DNA of 52,063 bases. It comes from a bacterium (lineage in GTDB: Bacteria > UBP15 > UBA6099 > JBFMBQ01). Position numbers and translations under genes: made by a program. Location of the stretch: positions 1 to 52,063 of the forward strand of contig JBFMFE010000081.1 of assembly GCA_040752295.1 (NCBI GenBank), in the 5' to 3' direction. The notes below the pieces were generated by a model. The model ran no database searches. It saw only the letters and a list, made by a program, of their open reading frames with translations, and was not told where the DNA came from. This document shows, piece by piece, positions 36,749 through 48,337 of this stretch (position 1 is the first letter of the stretch; each line of letters starts with the position of its first letter).

Positions 36749-36777
36749 TTGACAAAAAAACACGAAGCGCATAGAAT
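36749..36777 (+). promoter_or_regulatory. Strong sigma70/SigA promoter for HTH-gyrB-gyrA
   Basis: TTGACA-N17-TAGAAT with an AT-rich upstream tract. Confidence 0.75.
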
Positions 36778-36822
36778 TGTGGTATACTTGGTATACCTGC
36801 AGGGCACTGAGTGGAACCAAAA

Positions 36823-38966
<2,144 letters not shown>

Positions 38967-39044
38967 ACCGCTCGCGACGGCGCGGGAAACCGGCTTGAGC
39001 GGCGGGCGCGCAAAGGCAGGACGGACGAAAGGAACTGAACAGGC

Positions 39045-41519
39045 ATGAAGAGAAAAACGGCTGAAGAACGCGAAGACAAATCCAGGATCGTACCAGTCGA
39101 GCTGGAGGGACAGATGAAGGATTCCTACATAGATTACGCCATGAGCGTCATCGTGGGACGCGCCCTGCCGGACGCGAGGGACGGACTCAAACCCGTGCAT
39201 CGGAGAATCGTGTACGCCATGCACGACATGGGACTGGGCCCCGAAAAACCCTACAGGAAATCCGCGAAGGTGGTGGGGGAAGTCATGGGGCGGTTCCACC
39301 CCCACGGCGACGCCGCCATATACGACACGCTCGTGAGAATGGCGCAGGATTTTACCATGCGCTACACGCTGATTGACGGTCACGGGAACTTCGGCTCCGT
39401 GGACGGCGACAACCCCGCGGCGATGAGGTACACAGAGGTGCGCCTCGCCCCGCTGGCGTCCGAACTCGTCCGGGACATACGAATGGACACCGTTGACTTC
39501 GCGGACAATTACGACGCATCCGAACGGGAGCCGGCGGTGCTCCCGGCGCCGTTCCCAAGCCTTCTCGTCAACGGCAGCGCGGGCATCGCCGTCGGTATGG
39601 CGACAAACATTCCCCCGCATAACCTCTCAGAGGTCATAGACGGCGTCGTGGCGATGATTGACGACCCCGATTGCGACCCACGCAAACTGATGAAATTCGT
39701 CAAGGGTCCCGACTTTCCCACCGGGGGCGAAATCCTCGGGAGAGACGGAATACGCGAGGCGTACGACACCGGAAGAGGAAAAATCACCCTGAGGGGCGCG
39801 CTCGGCTTCGAACCCCTGAAGGGCAACAGGCAGAGCATCGTAATAACCGAACTCCCGTACCAGGTCAACAAGGCGGCTTTTATCGAGAGCGTCGCGGACC
39901 TCGTGAAAGGAAAAAAACTCGACGGCGTATCCGACATACGCGACGAGTCCGACCGCGACGGAATGAGAATCGTCATCGAGCTGAGACGCGACGTCAACCC
40001 GCACGTGATCTCGAACTGCCTCATAAAACACACCCAGTTTCAGGTGTCGTACGGCATTATCATGCTCGCTCTCCACAAGACGAGACCGGTCCTGCTGAAC
40101 CTCAGTGACGCGATCAAGTACTTCATCGAGCACAGAAGGGAAGTCGTTCGAAGGAGGACGACCTTCGAACTCGCAAAGGCGCGGGAAAGGGCGCATATCC
40201 TCGAGGGACTCACCGAAGCGCTGAAAAACATTGACGCGGTAATCGAGCTTATAAAGAAATCCAGGGACGTCGCCGCCGCTAAAACGGGCTTGATGGAGCG
40301 CTTCAAACTCACGGAAATTCAGGCGCAGGCGATTCTCGATATGCGCCTGCAGAAACTGACCGGCATCGAGAAAAAAGCGATCATGGACGAATACACGGAA
40401 CTGATCAAGAAAATCGGCGCCCTCGAGGACGTACTCGCGAGCGAAAGAAAAATCCTTCAGATCATCAAAGAGGAATGCGGGAAGATAAGGGAAGAGTTCG
40501 GCGATAAAAGAAAGACCAGAATCACGGCGGAGGAGGACGAGATTGACATCGAAGACCTCATTCAGAAAGAGGACGTCGTGGTCACCGTCACAAGAGACGG
40601 CTGGGTGAAGAGGCTGCCTGTAGGCACGTACAGGCTTCAGGCGAGGGGAGGGAAGGGCATCATCGGCGCCATGACCAAAGCCGAGGACGTCGTGAAACAC
40701 ATGTTCGTTTCATCATCTCACGACATCATCCTCGTCTTTTCGAACCGCGGCTCCGTTTACAGAATCAAGGCTTACCACATCCCGCAGGCGAGCCGCACCG
40801 CGAAAGGCACCCCCATCGTCAACCTCCTTCAGCTCTCCGGCTCTGAAAAGGTCGCCGCGGTCATCCCCATAGGACAGTTCGACGAAAAACGCTTCCTTGT
40901 CATGGTGACGAAAAACGGCATCGTGAAAAAGACGAGGCTCGCCGCATACGACACCCCGCGCAAGGGCGGGATAAGGGGGATCGGACTCAGCCTCGACGAT
41001 GAGCTGCGCTATGTGCTCCTCACCGACGGCGAGCGCGAGATCGTGCTCGGAACAAAAAAAGGACTCTCCATAAGGTTCGCAGAACGCGAAGTGCGCCCGA
41101 TGGGACGCGCCGCCGCGGGCGTGAAGGGAATAACGCTCAAGCGGGAAGACGAAGTCGTGGGCGCCGCGGTCGTACAGGAAAACTGCTCCCTCCTCGTCGT
41201 GTGCGAGAAAGGCTTCGGAAAAAGAACCAGCCTCGAATACTACCGCCCGCAGAAACGCGGCGGCATGGGCATCAAAACCATTCAGGCGTCCGAGAAAAAC
41301 GGCTGCGTCGTCGGGATAGAGGTCGTAAGCCTCGACGAGGAACTCCTGATGATTTCAGACCGCGGCATACTCATCCGCCAGCCGGTCAAAACGGTCAAAT
41401 CCACCGTCGGACGAAGCACACAGGGCGTGCGCCTCATGCGGATAGACCCCGGCGACCGCATTGTCGCGTTCGAAACGTATCTCCCCTCGGAAGAGAACAA
41501 CCACGCGGCGGACGCCTGA
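39045..41519 (+). CDS. gyrA: DNA gyrase subunit A
   Basis: RALPDARDGLKPV, HPHGD, AAMRYTE, GyrA-box QARGGKG. Confidence 0.98.
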   Translation: MKRKTAEEREDKSRIVPVELEGQMKDSYIDYAMSVIVGRALPDARDGLKPVHRRIVYAMHDMGLGPEKPYRKSAKVVGEVMGRFHPHGDAAIYDTLVRMAQDFTMRYTLIDGHGNFGSVDGDNPAAMRYTEVRLAPLASELVRDIRMDTVDFADNYDASEREPAVLPAPFPSLLVNGSAGIAVGMATNIPPHNLSEVIDGVVAMIDDPDCDPRKLMKFVKGPDFPTGGEILGRDGIREAYDTGRGKITLRGALGFEPLKGNRQSIVITELPYQVNKAAFIESVADLVKGKKLDGVSDIRDESDRDGMRIVIELRRDVNPHVISNCLIKHTQFQVSYGIIMLALHKTRPVLLNLSDAIKYFIEHRREVVRRRTTFELAKARERAHILEGLTEALKNIDAVIELIKKSRDVAAAKTGLMERFKLTEIQAQAILDMRLQKLTGIEKKAIMDEYTELIKKIGALEDVLASERKILQIIKEECGKIREEFGDKRKTRITAEEDEIDIEDLIQKEDVVVTVTRDGWVKRLPVGTYRLQARGGKGIIGAMTKAEDVVKHMFVSSSHDIILVFSNRGSVYRIKAYHIPQASRTAKGTPIVNLLQLSGSEKVAAVIPIGQFDEKRFLVMVTKNGIVKKTRLAAYDTPRKGGIRGIGLSLDDELRYVLLTDGEREIVLGTKKGLSIRFAEREVRPMGRAAAGVKGITLKREDEVVGAAVVQENCSLLVVCEKGFGKRTSLEYYRPQKRGGMGIKTIQASEKNGCVVGIEVVSLDEELLMISDRGILIRQPVKTVKSTVGRSTQGVRLMRIDPGDRIVAFETYLPSEENNHAADA

Positions 41520-41600
41520 ACCGCGGACCGCGGCTTGCAGGCGTTCAAACCAGCAGCCGCTTCACCGCGACACCCGTCGGGCGGCGCCGCTCGAAGACGG

Positions 41601-43424
41601 TTACGGCTGTTTTTCACGGACCGTGTCCAGAATAGCAAGGAATGCCTCCTGGGGTATGCGCACGTTCCCGACGTTCTTAAGCCGCTTCTTCCCCGCCTTC
41701 TGCTTCTCGATCAGCTTGCGCTTCCTCGTTACGTCGCCGCCGTAACACTTGGCGGTAACGTTCTTTCTCATCGGCGGTATGGTCTCCCTCGCTATGACCC
41801 GGGAACCAACGGCAGCCTGCACCGAAACCTCGAACTGGTGGCGGGGAATAGCCTTCCTCAGCCGCTCGACTATGCGCCTCCCCCTCCGGTACGCCTCGTC
41901 TCTGTGAACTATGAGCGAGAGCGAATCGGCTTCCCTGCCCCCGACCAGAATCTTCAGCTTCACCAGGTCCGAGTCGAGGTACGACGCGAACTCGTAGTTC
42001 ATCGAACCGTAACCGCGCGTGCACGACTTGAGGCGATCGAAAAAATCGAATATCACCTCGCTGAGAGGAAGAAGGTACTCGAGACTGACGCGTTTCTCCG
42101 AAAGGTATTCCGTGTTCCTGAACTCGCCCCGCTTCTCCCTGCACAGCTCCATGACCGCCCCGATGAACTCGACCGGCGCAACGACCGTGAGGCGGACGTA
42201 CGGCTCCTGAACCTTTAAAAGCTTCCGGTTCTCGGGATACTCTGTGGGATTCTTTATTTCTATATACTCGTCTTCCCTGAGGAACACGCGGTAAACCACG
42301 GTGGGCGCGGTGGCGACGATGCTCACCTCGTACTCGCGCTCGAGGCGCTCCTGTACGATTTCCATGTGAAACAGCCCCAAAAACCCGCAGCGGTATCCAT
42401 ACCCGAATATACCCGACCTCTCGTGCTCGAACACGAGTGACGGGTCGTTCAACCCGAACTTCATCAGTGCAGCCCTCAGGTTCTCGAAGCTTTCCCCCTC
42501 CGACGGAAAATACCCGGCGTACACCATGGGGACAAGCTTTTTGTATCCGGGAAGAGGTTTTGAAGCGGGGCCTTCCGCAAGGGTGACGGTATCCCCTATC
42601 CTTACTTCGCCCGGTTCTTTTATCCCCGCGATGAGGTACCCGACGTCTCCGCTGTCAAGACGTTCACGGGGGCTCATCTCCGGCTTGAACACGCCGATCT
42701 CCGAGATCTCATACCGGCGCCCCGAACTCATCAGCGTTATCATGTCTCCTTTGCGCAAAGCGCCCGAAAAGACCCTGACGTAGGCGACAACCCCCCGGAA
42801 CGTGTCGTAGTGTGAATCGAATATGATAGACCTCGTTTCTCCCTCCTCAATGCTCGGGGGAGGGATTCTTGAAACGACGGCGTCAAGCACCTCGCACACC
42901 CCTCTGCCTTCCTTGGCGCTCGCCAAAAGTATGTCACCGGGGTGTATGTCGAGCGCTTCTTTCATTTCCTCGGAGACCCTTGAAATATCGGCGGCGGGAA
43001 GGTCAATCTTGTTTATCACGGGAATGATGACGAGATTTTCCGACAGTGCAAGCATGTAATTGGCGATTGTTTGAGCTTCCACGCCCTGCACGGCGTCCAC
43101 AAGGAGTAAAACGCCCTCACATGCGGCGAGGCTCCGGGAAACCTCATAAGAGAAATCAACGTGTCCCGGTGTATCAATAAGGTTCAAATGGTATAGCTCT
43201 CCGTCGGACGCCGTATAATCAATCTGAACAGCCTGCATCTTTACCGTAACGCCCCGCTCGCGCTCTACTTCTAATCTGTCTAAATGCTGAGGCTTCAGTT
43301 CGTTTTTAGGAATCGTGCCGGTAATTTCGAGTATGCGGTCGGCAAGTGTTGATTTACCGTGGTCTATATGAGCGATTATACCGAAATTTCTCGTGTTTTT
43401 ACGCGCCCTAACTTCCCTTGCCAT
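41601..43424 (-). CDS. lepA: Translation elongation factor 4 (LepA)
   Basis: AHIDHGKSTLADR, DTPGHVDF, KCYGGDVTRKRKL, PQEAF. Confidence 0.97.
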   Translation of the reverse strand: MAREVRARKNTRNFGIIAHIDHGKSTLADRILEITGTIPKNELKPQHLDRLEVERERGVTVKMQAVQIDYTASDGELYHLNLIDTPGHVDFSYEVSRSLAACEGVLLLVDAVQGVEAQTIANYMLALSENLVIIPVINKIDLPAADISRVSEEMKEALDIHPGDILLASAKEGRGVCEVLDAVVSRIPPPSIEEGETRSIIFDSHYDTFRGVVAYVRVFSGALRKGDMITLMSSGRRYEISEIGVFKPEMSPRERLDSGDVGYLIAGIKEPGEVRIGDTVTLAEGPASKPLPGYKKLVPMVYAGYFPSEGESFENLRAALMKFGLNDPSLVFEHERSGIFGYGYRCGFLGLFHMEIVQERLEREYEVSIVATAPTVVYRVFLREDEYIEIKNPTEYPENRKLLKVQEPYVRLTVVAPVEFIGAVMELCREKRGEFRNTEYLSEKRVSLEYLLPLSEVIFDFFDRLKSCTRGYGSMNYEFASYLDSDLVKLKILVGGREADSLSLIVHRDEAYRRGRRIVERLRKAIPRHQFEVSVQAAVGSRVIARETIPPMRKNVTAKCYGGDVTRKRKLIEKQKAGKKRLKNVGNVRIPQEAFLAILDTVREKQP

Positions 43425-45024
43425 GTCTCTCTCTGCCGGAAAATTTCCTTGCGAAAGCACTGAAAAGTTCCGCAGTCACCTCGACTTTCAATATAAAGCA
43501 GAAAAGAATGAAAAGCGAGCCGCTGACGCTCATGTTAACCATTACCTGTATCGCCGGGTGCGACCACGAAAGCACGGCTTTCATATAAAGGCACGTCACA
43601 CCCATTAAGGCTGAAGCAAGGGCTATTTTCATGAAGGATTTTACTATCGCGCCCGCGTCTAATTCCCTTACACGGGAACGGAGAATGACGAAAAGCATAA
43701 GCATGTTTGCGATTGTCGAGAGTGAAATCGAGAGGGCGATGCCCCCGTGCCCGAGAGCCGTACCGCTGAGGTACGCGCATCCAGGAACACTGATGCAGAT
43801 GACGCTTAAAAATCCGGTGATGAACGGAGTGGTGGTGTCCTTCAGGGCGTAGAATCCGCGCGCGATCACCTGAAGCGCCGTGTGCCCGGCGAGTCCCACC
43901 GCGAAATACCTCAGGGCAAGGGCCGTGGCTTCGCAGTCCTCAAGGCCGAATGTTCTGCTCTCGAAAAGAAAGCGGATGACGGGCAGCGACATTATCACGA
44001 GAAAGACGGTCGAGGGGACCGAAAAAAACAGCGTCGCGACGATGCCGCGCGCCAGGGTCTTCCGAAACTCGCCCGCGCTTCCCGCGTCGGCCGCCTTGCG
44101 CGACAGCGCCGGGAATATCGCCATCGAGAGAGCGCTTCCGAAAAGCCCGAGGGGCACGAGAAGGATCCTGTCGGCGATTTCGAGAGATGAGACTATTCCC
44201 TCCCCGAGATACGAACCGAACAGTTTCGGGAAATACATGAGGTTGATCTGGGTGACTGAAAGCCCCAGCATCGCCGGCACGAAAAGCTTCAGGACCCTCG
44301 AGACGCCGGGGTGCCTGAGATTCATTTTCGGGTGATAAACGGCGCCCTTTCCCGCGATGACCGGAAGCTGGACAAGGACCATGCTCGCCGCGCCGATGAG
44401 GACGCCGAAGCAGAGCGAGAATATACCGTACCTCGAGCTTAAGAAGACCGCGGCAAGAATGATGCCCAGGTTGTGCAGGCTCCACGATATCGCGGGCGCG
44501 TGAAAATGGTTGAACGAGTGCAGTATTCCGTTGCACAGCGCGCTGCACGAAGTGAGGATCACCATCGGAAAAATTATCCTGCTCATCGTGACCGTCAGGC
44601 TCATCGTCGCGGGGTGCTCCCTGAATCCCGGCGTCACCATTTTGCCGATGAGAAACGGGGCGAAGACCATCCCGGCGGCGATGGAGGCGGCGATCACGAG
44701 GACGGAGAAATTGAAAACGGAGCTTGCGACGTACCAGGCATCTTTTTCCTTTCTGTTCACAAGGTATTCGGTGAAGACCGGTATGAACGCGGCGGTAAGG
44801 GCGCCTCCGGATGCCAGATAATAAAGAAGGTCCGGCAGCATGAACGCGGCGAAAAAAGCGTCCGTCTCAAACGACCGCCCGAAGATCTCGGTTATCGTGC
44901 GGTAGCGCAGAAAGCCGAGCAGCCTGCTCACTATCATGCCTGCCATTACCACGACAGCGGCGCCGCCTACCGTTGCCTTGCCCATCGCGGCAGCTCTCGC
45001 CCGGGTTTCCTTTTCAGTTGCCAT
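43408..45024 (-). CDS. murJ: Lipid II flippase MurJ
   Basis: SRLLGF.R, DAFFAAF..P, GALTAAFIP, FYALKDT.TP; many TM helices. Confidence 0.93.
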   Translation of the reverse strand: MATEKETRARAAAMGKATVGGAAVVVMAGMIVSRLLGFLRYRTITEIFGRSFETDAFFAAFMLPDLLYYLASGGALTAAFIPVFTEYLVNRKEKDAWYVASSVFNFSVLVIAASIAAGMVFAPFLIGKMVTPGFREHPATMSLTVTMSRIIFPMVILTSCSALCNGILHSFNHFHAPAISWSLHNLGIILAAVFLSSRYGIFSLCFGVLIGAASMVLVQLPVIAGKGAVYHPKMNLRHPGVSRVLKLFVPAMLGLSVTQINLMYFPKLFGSYLGEGIVSSLEIADRILLVPLGLFGSALSMAIFPALSRKAADAGSAGEFRKTLARGIVATLFFSVPSTVFLVIMSLPVIRFLFESRTFGLEDCEATALALRYFAVGLAGHTALQVIARGFYALKDTTTPFITGFLSVICISVPGCAYLSGTALGHGGIALSISLSTIANMLMLFVILRSRVRELDAGAIVKSFMKIALASALMGVTCLYMKAVLSWSHPAIQVMVNMSVSGSLFILFCFILKVEVTAELFSAFARKFSGRERHGKGS

Positions 45025-45097
45025 TTCGATGAACCGAAATTTACTATAGCACCTTGCCGGAACGTTTCAAAACACGAATCAAAATATTTTCGCTCTG

Positions 45098-45126
45098 TTG
45101 ATAAAAAAGACAATACGCGCTATATT
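45098..45126 (+). promoter_or_regulatory. Putative rpsT promoter
   Basis: TTGATA-N17-TATATT. Confidence 0.55.
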
Positions 45127-45169
45127 TATTCTCCGTTGACGGTGCAGGACCGGAAAGGAGACTGGCGAC

Positions 45170-45436
45170 ATGCCGAACGTGCGGTCAGCGGAGAAGAGAC
45201 TGAAGCAGTCGGAAAGAAGAAGGGAAAGGAACAGGGCGGCTAAAGCCGCAATGAAAACGGCATTCAAGAAAACCGTAACTGCCATCGAAACGGGTGACAG
45301 AAACGAAGCGGAGAAACAGTTGAAGCTGTTTGTCAGCAAGGTGGACGCAATTGCCCGCAAGGGGATTATCCACAAGAACAACGCAGCGAACAAAAAGTCC
45401 AAAATCACGAGAATGTTCAACGGGAAGTTCGCGTAA
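45170..45436 (+). CDS. rpsT: 30S ribosomal protein S20
   Basis: MPNVRSAEKR..RN..K..MKT..KGIIHKNNAANKKS. Confidence 0.96.
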   Translation: MPNVRSAEKRLKQSERRRERNRAAKAAMKTAFKKTVTAIETGDRNEAEKQLKLFVSKVDAIARKGIIHKNNAANKKSKITRMFNGKFA

Positions 45437-45712
45437 CCTATCAAGCCTTTAAAGGCAATTTCGCAAAAACAAAAAACCCTTTTGGCTTTTTTGGTGTTTT
45501 TCCGCCATGTTCGGGGTTACTTCTGCGATGACAACTGAAGCGCTGACCATGATGTTCTTTGCCCTTTATTCGGTTAAAACACGAATAAAAACAGGGCATA
45601 TTTGAATAAGACAGCTTTCGCTATCACCGACATAATTTCTGAATACAATAATTGATATAGAAAATTGTAGACACACTTAAACAAACTTTAACACGCTGGA
45701 AATCCTGCCCCT

Positions 45713-48271
45713 TCAAAGATCATCAAGGGCCAGCGCGACATGAAGATTTCTGCGCTTGCGGAATTCACTGTATACTTTCAGTAATTTACCGTCCGTTAAA
45801 ATTGTGACGTCGCCGTCCATATCGGTCCGAAAAACATGAGCGCCGATTTCTCTGTATCTTCTGATGACCGATTCGTGGGGATGCCCGTAAACATTCAGCC
45901 TCCCACAGGATATAACCCCGGCAAGCGGTTGCACCAGTTTGAGAAACCTCCATGAGGAGGAAGTATCGCTGCCGTGATGCGGCGCTTTGACAACACTTGA
46001 ACGGATGTCGTATCCGGAAAGCGCAGCGATGGTTTCCTCCCCGTATGCTTCAATGTCGCCGGTGAGGAGAAAGGAAGCCTGACCGTAGGTTATTTTTAAG
46101 ACGCTGGAGACCTCGTTGGTGTTAATTGCGCCGGCAATAAAGTTTTGCTCATCAGGGTATAAAAACCTGAATTCAACGCCTGAATCAAGGACAAATTTAA
46201 AGCCTTTCATCGCCAGGCGCCGTTCAATGCCGTTTTTTGATATTATTTCAAGAATATCCCGGTAAACCGCCGATTCACCGTCACTGATGTTGCTCCGTGC
46301 GCCACCTTTTTTTTCCATAACCGGCGGTTGAACACCCGTGTCAAACCATCTGTCAACGCTCAGGTTTTTCATCACCCACAGAAGTCCGTTCATGTGGTCT
46401 TCTTCGGGGTGTGTCAATACGACCGCGTCGAGATGGCGGATCGCCCTTTTCATCAAGAGTTTTCCGACCTTCTTTTCGCCCGGGTCGTACGATGAGCCGC
46501 CGGCGCCTCCCTGGCGTCCTCCGCCGTCAACGAGCACCCTGAAACGCTGATAGCCGGCGTTCCCGCAGGGAGCGTCAATCAGTATGGAGTCCCCCTGCCC
46601 GACGTCTATGAACGTGACGCTCATTGTGCCGGACGGCGGCGTGAACAGCCATCCCCAGGCAAGCAGCGACGCGCTCATCCCGCCCGCCAGCAGATAGCGG
46701 GTTATTACCTCGTCCCTTTCCCTCGGAGCGGCTTTCAGGAACTTCCACCAGCACCAGAGGGACGCGAAGTAAACGGCGGTCCACGGGAGGGACGGCTGCC
46801 CCGTCAAGACGCTGCTGAAGGGCAGGGCGGCTGTGAGGCTGGTAAACTCGATTATGAATTTCGTCGGCAGGTACAGCGCCGGGGCGAGAATTGTCCCGGC
46901 GGCGGGGAAAAGCGAGGCCGCGCATGTCGCGAAAAAGGCGAACGGCAGAAGTATCCCGACGGCGGGTACGACGACAATGTTGGTCAGCGGCGAGGCGAGG
47001 GAAATTTCGTAAAAATGGCGCGCCGTGACGGGATAGAGGGGCAGGGTGGCGCACAGGGAAATGAACAGCGGGGAAAGCCATCTGCTTTTCAGCGCAGCAG
47101 GCAGAACGCCCATCAGCGCCGGGTACAGGAAGGCAAGCCCCCCGCAGGCGATGAACGAGAATTGAGCGCCGGGATGGAAGATCATCCGCGGGTTGAGGAT
47201 CATGATGAAAAGGGCGGCGCCGAAAAGGGCGTTCGTCCTGTCGTACTCACGCCTTACGAGCAGCGAAGCGAGATAGACAATGCCCATTATCACCGCGCGA
47301 AGCGTCGCCGGACCGCCGCCCGTCATCGAGTAAAACATCAGAAGCGCCGCCGACAGTACGGCGAACGTCACGTACGGGCTGCGCCTCCACAGGAAACTGA
47401 GCCATAAAAAACAGCCCAGAAGCATCCACACGTGCAGCCCGGACACCACCAGCACGTGAACGACGCCCGCCCGGCGGAAGTCCCGCCAAAGTTCGTCCGG
47501 CACCTTCACGTTTTTTCCGAACATCATGGACCCGAGAACGGACGACTCCGGCTCGGAAATCATCCCGAAAAGCGTTCTTCGGAAAACGTCTCCCGCCCGG
47601 TTGCCGGCGCGGAAAAGAACAAATCTCCCCGCCTCACCCGTCTTCTTCATCCGAAGGTACTCCGGAACAAAGAAGAACCCCGATACGCCGAGCGTCCTGA
47701 AGTGCTCGCCTTCGGCGGGACTCATGAAACCCAGCCCGGACACCCTCCCCTCGGTTCTCACGACGTCGGCGTAACCCGGAAGGTCGTCCCTGTCCGCGTT
47801 GGTGACGACCATCAGTTTTCCCCCGCGGCGCTCCATGTGCGCGCGGTCCGCGCCGATCAGGCGAACGCTCATCGTGAACCTGGCGCGCTTGCCCGTGACG
47901 ATAGGCGTCGTTTCCGCGGAACCCTCGACAAAGACCGCCCGCTTCGAGCGGGCGGCGCTCTCAATGAAGCGCGTCAGCTCCGGGCGCGAGGAGATGAGGG
48001 TGTCAACCTGGTAGAGCAGGGCGCCCGCCGGAACGACGGCGCACAGAAGCGCGGGTACGAAAACGGCGGAGTTTCTGAGGGCGATGACCGCGAGGGCGGC
48101 GGCAAGGGCGAAGGCGACGGCAGTGTAAACGTCCGGCTGCGCCCGGGAGGCGATTACGATCCCCGCCCCGAAAGCGACGGCGATGCCGGGCAGAACGGGG
48201 ACGTGAGAAATCAGGCGCTTCACCGCAGCTGTCGCGGACGCGGGGGCTTGTCTTTCCCGGCTGCCGTTCAA
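45713..48271 (-). CDS. comEC: Competence DNA uptake channel ComEC/Rec2
   Basis: HVLVVSGLH, RA.IM, FIDVGQGDS, THPEEDH, LLTGD, HHGS, N.YGHP, RTD..G. Confidence 0.93.
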   Translation of the reverse strand: MNGSRERQAPASATAAVKRLISHVPVLPGIAVAFGAGIVIASRAQPDVYTAVAFALAAALAVIALRNSAVFVPALLCAVVPAGALLYQVDTLISSRPELTRFIESAARSKRAVFVEGSAETTPIVTGKRARFTMSVRLIGADRAHMERRGGKLMVVTNADRDDLPGYADVVRTEGRVSGLGFMSPAEGEHFRTLGVSGFFFVPEYLRMKKTGEAGRFVLFRAGNRAGDVFRRTLFGMISEPESSVLGSMMFGKNVKVPDELWRDFRRAGVVHVLVVSGLHVWMLLGCFLWLSFLWRRSPYVTFAVLSAALLMFYSMTGGGPATLRAVIMGIVYLASLLVRREYDRTNALFGAALFIMILNPRMIFHPGAQFSFIACGGLAFLYPALMGVLPAALKSRWLSPLFISLCATLPLYPVTARHFYEISLASPLTNIVVVPAVGILLPFAFFATCAASLFPAAGTILAPALYLPTKFIIEFTSLTAALPFSSVLTGQPSLPWTAVYFASLWCWWKFLKAAPRERDEVITRYLLAGGMSASLLAWGWLFTPPSGTMSVTFIDVGQGDSILIDAPCGNAGYQRFRVLVDGGGRQGGAGGSSYDPGEKKVGKLLMKRAIRHLDAVVLTHPEEDHMNGLLWVMKNLSVDRWFDTGVQPPVMEKKGGARSNISDGESAVYRDILEIISKNGIERRLAMKGFKFVLDSGVEFRFLYPDEQNFIAGAINTNEVSSVLKITYGQASFLLTGDIEAYGEETIAALSGYDIRSSVVKAPHHGSDTSSSWRFLKLVQPLAGVISCGRLNVYGHPHESVIRRYREIGAHVFRTDMDGDVTILTDGKLLKVYSEFRKRRNLHVALALDDL

Positions 48272-48337
48272 AGCGGTTTCTTAAGGAAAGTCCCGGAACC
48301 TGCGACCCTGCCGTCCCGGGAACCTTGAAGCGGGACC

